Source of the DNA: Kiritimatiellia bacterium
GTDB taxonomy: Bacteria; Verrucomicrobiota; Kiritimatiellia; JAAZAB01
DNA: 64,000 nt
Assembly: GCA_040767085.1 (NCBI GenBank)
Contig: JAXGPF010000003.1
Location: forward strand, 480,001 to 544,000
Reading direction: 5' to 3'
Positions 8,755 through 19,969 of this stretch are shown one piece after another. The notes beneath the pieces were generated by a model. It was not told the origin of the DNA. It made no database searches and saw only the letters and a program-made list of their open reading frames with translations. Both the position numbers and the translations under genes were made by a program. Each line of letters opens with the position of its first letter. The stretch's first letter is position 1.

Positions 8755-11460
8755 TTACAGCCCGACGCTGACGCGGCCGCGCGGGAATTCGGTGAACCAG
8801 AACTGCAGCCAGACCTCGTAGTCGTCGTCTTCCCATTCGTAACCCAATTCCACGGCCACGCAATCAATCGTGCGGCGGATTGAAATGCCCCAGGCTTCCA
8901 TCTCGCTTTCCTCGAATTCGTAGCGGGTGAAGGCCTTGTAACCCCAGTTGATGAAGGGATTGATCCGCAGTTCCGCGTTCAACAGATTGTTGGCATCCAG
9001 GCGGTAGCGGTGTTCCAACTCGCAGGACCAGAAAGTGTGCTCTTCCCAGATCAGGCGGGTATTCAAGGCCTTCAATTCCGACTCGTACTGATCGTACCGG
9101 CCGTCAACCCGGACATCCACCCAGTCCCATGGCTCGGAGCGGACATCGAAGAAAAAGTCGTCGAAATCCTCCTCGCCCACCTGAGGATCGAGCCGGTAAT
9201 ACGTCCAGAGATCCGCGTTGATGAGATCGTAGATCTCGCGGCGCTTGGTCTGGATCTTGTTGCGCAAGCCGAGCTTGATGTCATTGCGCCGGTCCAATTC
9301 ATCCAGTTCGTCGAACTGGTAGAGGTCGGCCGGCCGCAGATTGGGTTCGGGAATATAGGTATAGTCGGCGTAAGGTTCGACAATGTGCCGCAGGTTGTTG
9401 ATGAAATCGCCCGGATGCGTCTGCCAGACCTTGAAGGCCTTGAAGGAGGATTCCAGGCCCAATTCGTACAAATTGCGGAAATCGGCGTCCAGTTCGCGCA
9501 TGTAGCGGTTGGTGGAAACGGTGGAGACGGCGACCCCGTTTGTGCCGACCGAGGTGTTGGTGGCGACCACGCGGTAGTCTTCCTTGGTATGGGAATAATA
9601 AGTGCCGCGGTAGCCGGCGCGGGGAATCAGGTTGAGGAAGCCGAAGAATTTCACCGGATAGTTGACGGAGTGCCCGGTATGGATGCGGCCGGCGGAATAA
9701 TCCTGCTGGTTGGTGGCGTTCTCCTCCCAGACTTTCTCCAGGTAGGCGGCGGAGTTTTCGCTTTCGTAGTAGAAGCGGCTGTCTCCGATTTCCTGCCGGG
9801 TGATGTCGAAATTGACTTCCGGCACGCGGTCCACGGCCGTGTAGAAATCGTTGAAGCGTTTCTGGGCCTGGATGCTGAGCGAATAATTCTCCGTGCGGTG
9901 GCCAAGGACGAGATAATTCTCGGGCTCGGGATAAGTCTTGTATTCCTCGCGGAAAAACTGCTGGATCACCTTGGGATCGCTGAGGTAATTCGCCTGCAAC
10001 AGCAGGTAATCGTTGTCGGTAAACGACTGGTTATGGTACAGGCGCAGGCGGTAGCGGTCCTCGTCGAGGGGATAGGCCTGTTCCTTGCCTTCGTCCGGCC
10101 GGGAATCGCCGGTGTAATAAGTGATCAGATCGCCAAACCACCGGTCATCGTTGGCCTCCATTTCATCCAGACTGCGGTACCGGCGGCCGACATTCCAGAT
10201 ATCGGTGATTTCCTCGTCGTCATCGTCGGATTCATAACGCTCCGTGGACAGGCCGCGGGCGTTGCCGCTGGAACTCCACATCAGATCCTGGCCGACGCCT
10301 AAACCGCGGCGGGTGCGGACGTCCACGTGAGTGGTGGCTTCCAGATGGCGCGCGAGGCGGTAATTCAGGGCGGTCAGAACGAACAGGCCCATGCGGCTGT
10401 TATAGCCCGGCACGATGCTGATGAAGTTGCGGGTGCCGATATTCTGGAACCAGAATGGGAAATAGAAGACGGGGATGCCGCCCATGTACATCACCACGTG
10501 ATAGGCGCGGACGGAATGGTTGGGGATGATGCGGGCGGTTTTGGCCCGCAAGTACACCGCCGGGTCATCGCCCTCGCAGGTGGTGAAGCTGGCGTCGCTC
10601 AGCAGGAATTCATCGCCGGTGGTTCTCTGGGACGATTTGGCGTTGACGTAGAACGGCGCGAGGAAGGCCCGGAATTCGCCGAAGTCGCCGCGCTTGGACT
10701 GGAAGTTGTAGCTCAGGCGGTCGCCCACCCAGGTATCGTTGCCGCGCTGGAAAGCCACGCGGCCATCGGCCATCACATCCTGGGATTGCAGGTTGACCAC
10801 GGCGTAATCGCTGCGCAGGACTTCATCGTCCTTGCGCACGACGACATTGCCGGTGGCGATCATGATGTCCTTTTCATGCTCGAAATCCAGGCTGTCAGCC
10901 TTGACGTCCAACGGCTGGACATGGCGGCGGGCCAACTCGTCGGGGTAAGCGTCCTCCAGCAAGGCGCGGTTAAGTTGCACCAGGGCGGCGCCGCGGGGGG
11001 CGGTTTTCAGCAATTTACGGGTAGCCGGGCTGAGGGCAACCCCTTCAAAGCGCTGGGGGTCATAGAGATTGCCGGCGCGCATCTGGCGGTTAAGGTCGTT
11101 CACCACCGCCTGGGACAAGGCGGAGGGCGGCGGGACGGATGCGTCGCCATAGGCGCCGAGCATGCGGCGGGTGGCGGGCGCGCAATGATCGCGCAAGTAC
11201 CGGGAAAGCGGATCGCGCGCCAGGCGCAGGCGGGTCAGCAGCCCGGCAGGGTCGCGGACGTCCCCGGGCTCCAGCAATTCGGTCATTTCGCTGTGCACGG
11301 TTGCCGGCGCGGCGGCCAGGCCGGTCTCCTCCGGCACGGCCGGGGGAGCGGCCCCGGCGCCGCAGGCCAGCAGGCCGGCGGCCGCCAAAGACGCCGCGTC
11401 GCGCCAAAACGCGGCGCGGCCGCCGGCGGACCGGCGCCAATGCATATGTCGTTTATCCAT
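8755..11460 (-). CDS. lptD: LPS-assembly outer-membrane protein LptD/OstA with an extra N-terminal domain
   Basis: Signal peptide, OstA-like beta-jellyroll (ADSLDF..ATGNVVV), FTTC motif, GIPVFYFP, PGYNSRMG, aromatic-rich beta-barrel C-terminus. Confidence 0.85.
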   Translation of the reverse strand: MDKRHMHWRRSAGGRAAFWRDAASLAAAGLLACGAGAAPPAVPEETGLAAAPATVHSEMTELLEPGDVRDPAGLLTRLRLARDPLSRYLRDHCAPATRRMLGAYGDASVPPPSALSQAVVNDLNRQMRAGNLYDPQRFEGVALSPATRKLLKTAPRGAALVQLNRALLEDAYPDELARRHVQPLDVKADSLDFEHEKDIMIATGNVVVRKDDEVLRSDYAVVNLQSQDVMADGRVAFQRGNDTWVGDRLSYNFQSKRGDFGEFRAFLAPFYVNAKSSQRTTGDEFLLSDASFTTCEGDDPAVYLRAKTARIIPNHSVRAYHVVMYMGGIPVFYFPFWFQNIGTRNFISIVPGYNSRMGLFVLTALNYRLARHLEATTHVDVRTRRGLGVGQDLMWSSSGNARGLSTERYESDDDDEEITDIWNVGRRYRSLDEMEANDDRWFGDLITYYTGDSRPDEGKEQAYPLDEDRYRLRLYHNQSFTDNDYLLLQANYLSDPKVIQQFFREEYKTYPEPENYLVLGHRTENYSLSIQAQKRFNDFYTAVDRVPEVNFDITRQEIGDSRFYYESENSAAYLEKVWEENATNQQDYSAGRIHTGHSVNYPVKFFGFLNLIPRAGYRGTYYSHTKEDYRVVATNTSVGTNGVAVSTVSTNRYMRELDADFRNLYELGLESSFKAFKVWQTHPGDFINNLRHIVEPYADYTYIPEPNLRPADLYQFDELDELDRRNDIKLGLRNKIQTKRREIYDLINADLWTYYRLDPQVGEEDFDDFFFDVRSEPWDWVDVRVDGRYDQYESELKALNTRLIWEEHTFWSCELEHRYRLDANNLLNAELRINPFINWGYKAFTRYEFEESEMEAWGISIRRTIDCVAVELGYEWEDDDYEVWLQFWFTEFPRGRVSVGL

Positions 11461-11564
11461 ATTACAGCCGACCTGAACGCCGGGGAGGGCCGGCGTGACT
11501 TTTTGCGACATAGAACAGCTTGTGTTTCTAGCACAGCCGCCGGAGAAAACCAAGCTTAATTCCA

Positions 11565-13187
11565 TCAACCGCCGTTTTTTCGTTCCGGCGGGTTTTTCAC
11601 GGCCGGGCCGGTATGGGAAAAGAGCACCTCGTTGGTCACGGCATCGGCCACGGTGATTTCCTCGATATGGCAATTGGGGTCGGCGCGGAACCGGAGCCGG
11701 CCGCTGAACTTGTTCTGCATGGTCAGCAGCAACTCTTCATCCTCTTCGCGCAGCCTGGTCAGGATGGCGGGATTGATGACGATGCGCAGTTCCGGCACCG
11801 GCTGCGAGCGTTCGCGATACTGGCGCAGGATGGCCATCAAGCGGCGCTGGATTTCGACGCTCATGTTCAGCGGCGATTTGACGCTGCCGCGCCCGGCGCA
11901 ATACGGACAATCCATGTACATGGTGGCCTCGATGCTTTCATCCACCCGCTGGCGGGTCATTTCGATCAGCCCCAGCGGGGAAATCGGCAGCACGTTGGTG
12001 CGGGCCCGATCCTTGCGCAAGGCTTCCTTCAGCGCCTGGTAAATGGCGTTGCGGTGTTTTTTATGGCGCATGTCAATCAGGTCGATCACCACCAGCCCGC
12101 CGACGTTGCGCAGGCGCAATTGCCGGGCCACCTCCTGGACGGCCTCGGTATTGACCTGCAGGATGGTCTCGTCCTGGTTGGAGGCGCCGCGATGCTGGCC
12201 GGTGTTGACATCCACGGCGATCAGCGCCTCGGTCTCATCGAAGACCAGGCAGCCGCCGGATTTCAGCATAACCTTGCGCCGGAAGGCGTCGGCCAACTGG
12301 CGTTCGACGTCGTACTGCTCGAAGATCGGCCGGCTGCCCTCGTAAAGCTTGATGCGGTTGCGCATCCGGCGGGAAATATTCGCGAGGATATCGCGCACGC
12401 GCGCGTAATCCTCCGGCGAGTCGATGACAATACTGTCGATATCCTCAGTGACGGAGTCGCGCACCACGCGTTCCACCAGGTCCGGCTCCTGGTAGAGGCA
12501 GGCCGGGGGGCGCTTGGTTTCGTTGGCGGAACTGATGGCGCTCCAGGTGGCCAGCAGGCCGCGCAAATCGCGCACGAACCCGGTGCTGCTGACCCCGGCG
12601 CCGGCCGTGCGGATGATCAGGCCGCAGCCATCCGGCACCGGCAGCCGGACGAGGATTTTTTTCAGGCGCTTGCGCTCCTTTTCATCCTCGATTTTTTTGG
12701 AAATGCCGCGCAGCTTGCTGCCCGGCATCAACACAAAATAACGGCTGGGGATGCTGAGGCTGGCGGTGGCGCGCGGGCCCTTGGTGCCGATCGGGCCCTT
12801 GGAAATCTGGACGATGATCTGGGAGCCGACGGCAAAATGGCGGGAAATTTCCTCGCGGGTGAACTGCCGGCGGCGGGTGATGGTGCGTCCCTGTTCCTCG
12901 CCCTCGGCCGCGGCCAACCGGCTCAAATCCTCCGGGAACATGTCCCAGTAATGGATGAAGGCGTTTTTCTTCATGCCAATATCGATAAAGGCGGCCTGCA
13001 AGCCATCCTCCAGGTTCTGCACCACGCCCTTGAAAACGCTGCCGACAATCCGGCTGGCGGTGGGATGTTCGACCTTGTATTCCTCCATCCGGCCGTTTTC
13101 CATCACGGCGACGCGCGACTCAAGGCTTTCCACGCTGACGATGATTTCCTTCTTGTTGGCGGTCTTCCTGCGGCGAAATCCAAACAT
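11565..13187 (-). CDS. rng: Ribonuclease E/G family protein
   Basis: GLQAAFIDIG, KGPIGTKGPR, AVDVNTG, RLRNVGGLVVIDLIDM, CPYCAGRG. Confidence 0.93.
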   Translation of the reverse strand: MFGFRRRKTANKKEIIVSVESLESRVAVMENGRMEEYKVEHPTASRIVGSVFKGVVQNLEDGLQAAFIDIGMKKNAFIHYWDMFPEDLSRLAAAEGEEQGRTITRRRQFTREEISRHFAVGSQIIVQISKGPIGTKGPRATASLSIPSRYFVLMPGSKLRGISKKIEDEKERKRLKKILVRLPVPDGCGLIIRTAGAGVSSTGFVRDLRGLLATWSAISSANETKRPPACLYQEPDLVERVVRDSVTEDIDSIVIDSPEDYARVRDILANISRRMRNRIKLYEGSRPIFEQYDVERQLADAFRRKVMLKSGGCLVFDETEALIAVDVNTGQHRGASNQDETILQVNTEAVQEVARQLRLRNVGGLVVIDLIDMRHKKHRNAIYQALKEALRKDRARTNVLPISPLGLIEMTRQRVDESIEATMYMDCPYCAGRGSVKSPLNMSVEIQRRLMAILRQYRERSQPVPELRIVINPAILTRLREEDEELLLTMQNKFSGRLRFRADPNCHIEEITVADAVTNEVLFSHTGPAVKNPPERKNGG

Positions 13188-13203
13188 AAATCCTTCCCTT
13201 TCG

Positions 13204-14385
13204 TTAATTCCGTTCTCCTCTGATATATACACTTTGCACGATTCCGAGCGCGCTCATGGCGCCAACCATGAACGTGCCGCCATAGCTCAGCAGCGGCAGC
13301 GGCAGCCCGGTGATCGGCAAAAGACCGATGGTCATGGCGATATTGACAAACACATGGCAGAAAATCAGCGCGGTAATTCCGGCGCACAGCAGGCGGCCGA
13401 TCCGGTCGGGCGCGGCAAGCGCGGCGCGCAAGCCGCCGTAGACGATCACGGCCATGAGGCTCAGCACGGCCAGCGACCCCGCAAAGCCCTTTTCCTCGGC
13501 GATCACCGAAAAGATGAAATCGTTGGGGGCGACCGTGCGCGGCAGGAATCCCAGAATGTTCTGGGTGCCCTGCTGGAAGCCCTTCCCCCAGAGCCGGCCG
13601 GAGCCGACGGCAATTTGCGACTGGGCCTTGTTCCAGCCCGCGTCCAGCGGGTCGGCATCGCGCTTCAGAAAGACCATGACGCGATTTTTCTGGTAGGCGC
13701 TGATGCCGCAGCGTTCCAGTAAAATTTCATGGCGCGCCTCATCCCAACCGAGCGCCGGCGGCGCCAGCAACAGGATCAGGACCGCCGCCAATGCCAGCGC
13801 GCCGGCGCCGGCAAGTCCCCAGAGGGTCCGGGCCGGCACGCCGGCCGCCAGCATGACGCTGCCCAGCACCGGCAACAGGACCAGGGCGGTGCCCAGGTCC
13901 GGCTGGGAAGCGATCAGGAAGAACGGCGCCAGGGTCAGCCCCAGCCCGAGCAGCACCAGCCGGCGGTGGCGGGGGTTGCGGGCCGGCGCGCCGAAGAGGC
14001 GGGCCAGCGCCAGGATCAGCCCCAGTTTGGCGAACTCCGCCGGCTGCAACAGGCGCACGCCGGCGAATTGAATCCAGCGGCGGGCGCCGGAAATCCTTAC
14101 GCCGACGCCCGGGACGAACACCAGCAGCAGGAGCGCCAGCCCCAGAAAGTAGAGCCACCAGGCGCGGTGATACCAATGGTGGTAGTCGGTGAAAGCGAAT
14201 CCCAGGAAACATGCGATCCCCAGGCCGGCCCAGAGCATTTGTTTCAGGTACAGCGTTTGATAGGCCGCGCTCTGGGACTGGCCGGCGCTGAAGATAAACG
14301 CCACGCCGATGCCCAGGAGCAGGGTGACGGCCAGCACGACGCTCCAATCCATCCGCCTGAATAATATGCCCAGCCGGCGCATCAT
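13204..14385 (-). CDS. rodA: Rod shape-determining SEDS protein RodA
   Basis: GARRWI, QPAEFAK, QPDLGT, AVGSGRLWGKG, DFIFSVIAEE, GLPLPLLSYGG; ATGA-coupled to mrdA. Confidence 0.95.
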   Translation of the reverse strand: MMRRLGILFRRMDWSVVLAVTLLLGIGVAFIFSAGQSQSAAYQTLYLKQMLWAGLGIACFLGFAFTDYHHWYHRAWWLYFLGLALLLLVFVPGVGVRISGARRWIQFAGVRLLQPAEFAKLGLILALARLFGAPARNPRHRRLVLLGLGLTLAPFFLIASQPDLGTALVLLPVLGSVMLAAGVPARTLWGLAGAGALALAAVLILLLAPPALGWDEARHEILLERCGISAYQKNRVMVFLKRDADPLDAGWNKAQSQIAVGSGRLWGKGFQQGTQNILGFLPRTVAPNDFIFSVIAEEKGFAGSLAVLSLMAVIVYGGLRAALAAPDRIGRLLCAGITALIFCHVFVNIAMTIGLLPITGLPLPLLSYGGTFMVGAMSALGIVQSVYIRGERN

Positions 14386-16196
14386 ATCGATTCCTCCGGC
14401 ACTTGAAACAGGGAACAAAGCAACTGGCGCATGCGCGGCCCGACCTCGGCGCCGCCGGCCGTGCCGATTTCCTCCACCACCATGGCCACCGCGTACCGCG
14501 GATGCTCGAAGGGCGCAAAGGCGATCATCCAGCCATGTTTGCGGCCATCCTGCTTGCGTCCGTATTCGGCCGTGCCGGTCTTGCCGGCAACGCTCACCCC
14601 GGGCACCTGCCCCCGCCGGCCCGTGCCGGCGGAGCCCTGGACGACGTCCAGCATGCCGGCCCGCACCAGGTCCAGATTCCCCGGACGCCAGTTGATTTTG
14701 CGGACCATCACCGGCGGCTCTTCTTGAAAACCGGCGGACAATGTCCGCCGCCGGCCGAGCACCAGGCGCGGGCGGTACACAAACCCGCCGTTGGCGATCG
14801 CCGCCGTTACCACGGCCATCTGCAGGGGCGTGACCAGCAAGGCGCCCTGGCCGATGGCGATGTTGCAGGTATCGCCCTCCCGCCAGCCTTCGCCGCGCGC
14901 CTGCTGTTTCCAGGCCCGGCCGGGCAGCAGGCCGGCCGCCTCGGCCTCGGCGGCAATGCCGGTCCGCCGGCCCAATCCCAGCATCCGGGAGGTTGCCTGG
15001 ATGGCATCAATCCCGCACATCAGGCCGGCCTGGTAAAAAAACACATTGCAGGAAACTTCCAGGGAGCGGCGCAAGTTCACCACGCCGTGGACATGCCCTT
15101 GGTAGCATGCAAAGGTCTGGTTGCCCAGTTTGAAAGATCCCGGGCAATCCACCGTGAAAGCGGCATTGATTACGCCTTGCTCCAACGCCGCCAAGCCCAC
15201 CACCGGCTTGAAAATACTGCCCGGGGGATAGGTGCCGCCCAGCGCGCGATTCACGAGAGGCTTATCAGGATCCGCCAGCAGGCGGGACCAGACCGTCCGC
15301 GTCAATGTGGGGCAGAACCAGTTGGGGTCAATCCCGGGAGAACTGGCCAGGGCCAGCACGTCGCCGTTCGCCGGGTCCAGCACCACCGCCGCGCCCGCCA
15401 CGCCCTCCAAGGCGCGTTCCGCCGCGCGCTGGATATCCAGCGCCAGGGTCAGGGTCAAGTCGCCGCCCGGCACGGCCGGGCGGGCGCCGATTTCATCGTG
15501 CCGGAATCCGGCCACATCCACCCGCACCAGTTGCCCGCCCGCCCGGCCGGAAAGGAACTCGTCAAAGCGCCGTTCAAGTCCGGCGCGGCCCGCCAAATCC
15601 GGCAGGTAATAATGGTAGTTTTCCTCGTCATCCACATGCTCCAATTTGCCTACATACCCCAGTAAATGGCCGGCCGCCGCCCCTTGCGGGTACACGCGCT
15701 CGAAATCCACGACAAGGTCCACCGCCCGCAGGCCGGCGCCCGCCTCCGCCAGGCGCGCCATTTCCCGCTGGTCCAGATTGCGCCAGGCCACCAGCGGCAG
15801 CGCGCGGCGGTAGAAAAGGTGTTCCTCGATTTGCCGGTCGGAAACCGGCGAAGCCATACCGGTCAAGCCGGCCACCTGGTCCAGCAGCCGCCGGACGGCG
15901 CGCACGGTCTTGCCCTGCCGCCCGGCCTGGCGGAGTTCCTCCAGGTAGACGGCAATGCCATACCCGGGGCGATTGTCGGCCAGACAAACCCCGTTGCGGT
16001 CGAAAATGCGGCCGCGCACACCGGGAATGCGCACCCGGCGGACGGATTGCCGTTCCAGGCTGACCTCATACTGCGAGCCCAGCCCCAATTGCATGCGCCA
16101 GAGCGCCAGCAGCAACAGCAGCAGGCCGGCGAACATGCCCGACCAAAGCCACAGCAGGCGCCGCATTTCATGTTTTGTCAAAGATACCGAACTCAT
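14382..16196 (-). CDS. mrdA: Penicillin-binding protein 2
   Basis: RGRIFDRNG; transpeptidase motifs PGSIFK (SxxK), SCN (SxN), GKTGTA (KTG). Confidence 0.95.
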   Translation of the reverse strand: MSSVSLTKHEMRRLLWLWSGMFAGLLLLLLALWRMQLGLGSQYEVSLERQSVRRVRIPGVRGRIFDRNGVCLADNRPGYGIAVYLEELRQAGRQGKTVRAVRRLLDQVAGLTGMASPVSDRQIEEHLFYRRALPLVAWRNLDQREMARLAEAGAGLRAVDLVVDFERVYPQGAAAGHLLGYVGKLEHVDDEENYHYYLPDLAGRAGLERRFDEFLSGRAGGQLVRVDVAGFRHDEIGARPAVPGGDLTLTLALDIQRAAERALEGVAGAAVVLDPANGDVLALASSPGIDPNWFCPTLTRTVWSRLLADPDKPLVNRALGGTYPPGSIFKPVVGLAALEQGVINAAFTVDCPGSFKLGNQTFACYQGHVHGVVNLRRSLEVSCNVFFYQAGLMCGIDAIQATSRMLGLGRRTGIAAEAEAAGLLPGRAWKQQARGEGWREGDTCNIAIGQGALLVTPLQMAVVTAAIANGGFVYRPRLVLGRRRTLSAGFQEEPPVMVRKINWRPGNLDLVRAGMLDVVQGSAGTGRRGQVPGVSVAGKTGTAEYGRKQDGRKHGWMIAFAPFEHPRYAVAMVVEEIGTAGGAEVGPRMRQLLCSLFQVPEESI

Positions 16197-16704
16197 CCCC
16201 GATCAAACTCCTCCGGCAGCCGGTCATTTTTTCCAAACTTTCCAGCGCCATAAAAACCCAGGGCATCAACAACATGCCCTGCAAGCCCGCGCCCAGCATT
16301 TTCAACGCCGCCATCGCAGGCGGAACGGCGCGCATCTGCTCCAGCCGCAAGGACAGCACTACGTACATGATCAATGTAAGGGCCGCCGCCGCCGCCGCGC
16401 CAATCGCCATATGGGTCAGCCACTGGCGGATGAACACAAATCCGCGATTGCGGCTGACCGCGGCCACCAGCAGGCTGAAGGCCAGGGGGGTGCTGCCGGG
16501 CGGCAGGCCGCCGATGGCATCGGCCATGACGCCCGCGACCAAGGCCGCCGCGAGCGCGGCGACCAGCGAATGATTGAGCGCATAATACATGACCACGCAT
16601 AATACTGCCGGCAGGCGGGTCTGCCCGCCCAAGTGCCAGGCCGGCACGGCGTTTTCCAACACCACCGCCGCGCCCAAGGCTAACCTCATGATCAACCAGA
16701 CCAT
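16168..16704 (-). CDS. mreD: Rod shape-determining protein MreD
   Basis: Small hydrophobic protein between mreC and mrdA. Confidence 0.75.
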   Translation of the reverse strand: MVWLIMRLALGAAVVLENAVPAWHLGGQTRLPAVLCVVMYYALNHSLVAALAAALVAGVMADAIGGLPPGSTPLAFSLLVAAVSRNRGFVFIRQWLTHMAIGAAAAAALTLIMYVVLSLRLEQMRAVPPAMAALKMLGAGLQGMLLMPWVFMALESLEKMTGCRRSLIGDEFGIFDKT

Positions 16705-16705
16705 T

Positions 16706-17536
16706 TTACGGCGCCTCCGCGAGACCAACGTCATCCGGCGCCGCCAGGCCGGCATCCATGACCAAAAAGACCAGATGCAAATCGCGGAAATCCGCGGCGG
16801 GCAGGATTTCCGCGGATTGATACAATCCGGTGGCATCCAGCCGCACCTGGCGAACATAACCGATCGGCAGCCCGGCGGGAAACACCCCGCCCAGGCCGGA
16901 AGTTACAACTTCATCGCCGGGCCCGATGGCCGTCTCGCGGGCAATGAAATCCATCCGGCAGAGGGCGGGCCCGCGCAGGCGCATGCCCTCCCCCTGCACA
17001 ATGCCGAAAGCGTTGACCCGCGGAATCACGCCGGCCACCCGGCAGGCCGGATCGATCATGAACAAAACATCCGCCGTCCGGTCCGAAACCGACGCCACCC
17101 GGCCCACCAATCCTTCCGCCGCCAGCACCGGCACGCCCGGCGAAATCCCTTCCCGCGCGCCGCGATCCAGGCGGGCGGTCTGCCACCAGCTATTCAGATC
17201 GCGCGCCATGATTTGGGCCGCTTGCAGGCGATAGGGGGTGTTCCGGGCCAGACCAAGCAGTTTGCGCAAATCCCGGTTTTCGCGCTCCAGCGCCTGCAAC
17301 CCGCGGGTTTCCATGGTCAAGCGGGCGACTTGCTCGCGCAATCGCACGATTTCCACATCCCGCGCCGGCCCGTCCAAAGCCCGGCGCAACCGACTCCAGC
17401 CCTGCCAGTCCGTCAGAAAAGGCGCAAAGGCATCCCGCACAGCGGCATGCAGGCGGCGCGTGGCCGGTTCCGGCAGGAGCCAGAGGCTCAGGACCGCCAG
17501 GCCGGCGCAGATTATGCTGTAAACCGCGGATCTCAC
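16706..17536 (-). CDS. mreC: Rod shape-determining protein MreC
   Basis: N-terminal TM segment, coiled coil LERENRDLRKLL, GLVGRV, VVTSGLGGVFPAGLPIG. Confidence 0.93.
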   Translation of the reverse strand: MRSAVYSIICAGLAVLSLWLLPEPATRRLHAAVRDAFAPFLTDWQGWSRLRRALDGPARDVEIVRLREQVARLTMETRGLQALERENRDLRKLLGLARNTPYRLQAAQIMARDLNSWWQTARLDRGAREGISPGVPVLAAEGLVGRVASVSDRTADVLFMIDPACRVAGVIPRVNAFGIVQGEGMRLRGPALCRMDFIARETAIGPGDEVVTSGLGGVFPAGLPIGYVRQVRLDATGLYQSAEILPAADFRDLHLVFLVMDAGLAAPDDVGLAEAP

Positions 17537-17644
17537 ATCGAATCAACTTGCAAACCAGTCCGAAAATACAGGCGGGATCGGCGGGGATGGAAAGCGGGCT
17601 TCGACGGCAGGCGCAACGCGCGGAGACAGGGCCAACACCAACGA

Positions 17645-18694
<1,050 letters not shown>

Positions 18695-18706
18695 TCAGTT
18701 CGGCAT

Positions 18707-18789
18707 ATATTGTTGAATAGTTGCGCCGCTGTCAACAGCAAAATCCATGGAGTAAATTATTGACAGTCAGGCGGTTCTTTTAGCATAAT
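18707..18789. promoter_or_regulatory. Back-to-back sigma70-type promoters for the mreB operon (-) and the kinase-glmU-like-glmM operon (+)
   Basis: TTGACA (18760-18765) N18 CATAAT (18784-18789) on +, ending 9 nt before the ATG at 18799. TTGACA on - (18735-18730) N17 CAATAT (weak -10). Confidence 0.55.
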
Positions 18790-18798
18790 CCCCGGCCT

Positions 18799-19908
18799 AT
18801 GCGGCATTCCCGGGAATTTTTAAGGCAAATCGGCGGGGAATTCAACCTCCCCGGCGTCTTCCAATGCGCCGAACCCTACGGCACCGGCCACATCAACGAC
18901 ACTTACCATGTCCGCTGGCTGGTCAACCAAACTCCGCGCGAATACATCCACCAGCGCATCAACCATTTCGTTTTCAAGGAGCCCGCGCGCCTGATGGACA
19001 ACATCGGCCGGGTCACCGCCCACCTGCGGGACAAAATCGCCCGCCGCCCGGGGGCGCAGCCGGAACGCGAAGCCCTGACCGTCGTGCCGGCCCGCGATGG
19101 CCGGCTTTTCTTCCAGGATGACCGGGGCGATTTCTGGCGCACTTATATTTTTATCACCCAGGCCCGCACCTACGACATCTGCCAGGACGAACGCCTGGCC
19201 CGCGAGGCGGCGCGCGCCTTCGGACAGTTCCAGGCGGACCTGTCCGACTGGAACGGGACGCGCTTGCACGAAACCATCCCCTGGTTCCACCACGCGCCCC
19301 GGCGGATCGAGGCCCTGGAGGACGCCATCGCCCGCGACCCGCATAACCGCGCCGCCGGCGCCCGCCCTGAAATCGATTTCTGCCTGAAGCACAAACCCAT
19401 GACCGGACTGCTGACGGATTTAATCGCGCGCGGCAGCATGCCCGAGCGCATCACCCATAACGACACCAAAATCAACAACGTCATGATTGACAACGACTCC
19501 GGCCGGGGAATCTGCGTGATTGACCTGGACACCGTCATGGCCGGCTGCGTGCTGTACGATTTCGGCGACATGGTGCGTTCCATCACCCGGACCTGCGCCG
19601 AGGACGAGCCCGACCCTGACCGCGTCGGCATGAACCTCCGCATGTTCGAGGCGCTGGTATCGGGCTATCTCGCATCCGCCGGCGCTTTTCTCATCCCGGT
19701 GGAAATCGAGCACCTGGCGTTTTCCGGGCAGTTGATCACCTTGATCATCGGCATCCGGTTTCTCACCGACTACCTGCAAGGCGATGTTTATTTCAAAACC
19801 CACCGCCCGGGGCAAAACCTCGATCGCGCGCGGGTGCAGTTCGAAATGGTCGAGCACATGGAAAATTCCTTCGACCAGATGCGCCGGATTGTCGGAAAAT
19901 ATTGCTGA
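18799..19908 (+). CDS. Aminoglycoside-phosphotransferase-fold sugar kinase (N-acetylhexosamine 1-kinase-like)
   Basis: GTGHINDTY, LHETIP.FH, RITHNDTKINN, VIDLDT, DFGDMVR, RFLTDYLQGDVYFK. Confidence 0.85.
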   Translation: MRHSREFLRQIGGEFNLPGVFQCAEPYGTGHINDTYHVRWLVNQTPREYIHQRINHFVFKEPARLMDNIGRVTAHLRDKIARRPGAQPEREALTVVPARDGRLFFQDDRGDFWRTYIFITQARTYDICQDERLAREAARAFGQFQADLSDWNGTRLHETIPWFHHAPRRIEALEDAIARDPHNRAAGARPEIDFCLKHKPMTGLLTDLIARGSMPERITHNDTKINNVMIDNDSGRGICVIDLDTVMAGCVLYDFGDMVRSITRTCAEDEPDPDRVGMNLRMFEALVSGYLASAGAFLIPVEIEHLAFSGQLITLIIGIRFLTDYLQGDVYFKTHRPGQNLDRARVQFEMVEHMENSFDQMRRIVGKYC

Positions 19909-19969
19909 CCGCCGGCCTGGATCCTAATGCGCTTGAAATGCATGCCCGGATCAGGCATATTTAGTGGCC

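Noticed and set aside
9010-13223. Long + strand ORFs (430, 410, 536 aa) opposite lptD and rng, and similar ones opposite other genes (e.g. 24167-26047, 42272-43921)
   Set aside because: Antisense shadows expected from GC-rich codon bias; the opposite strand carries clear family motifs.
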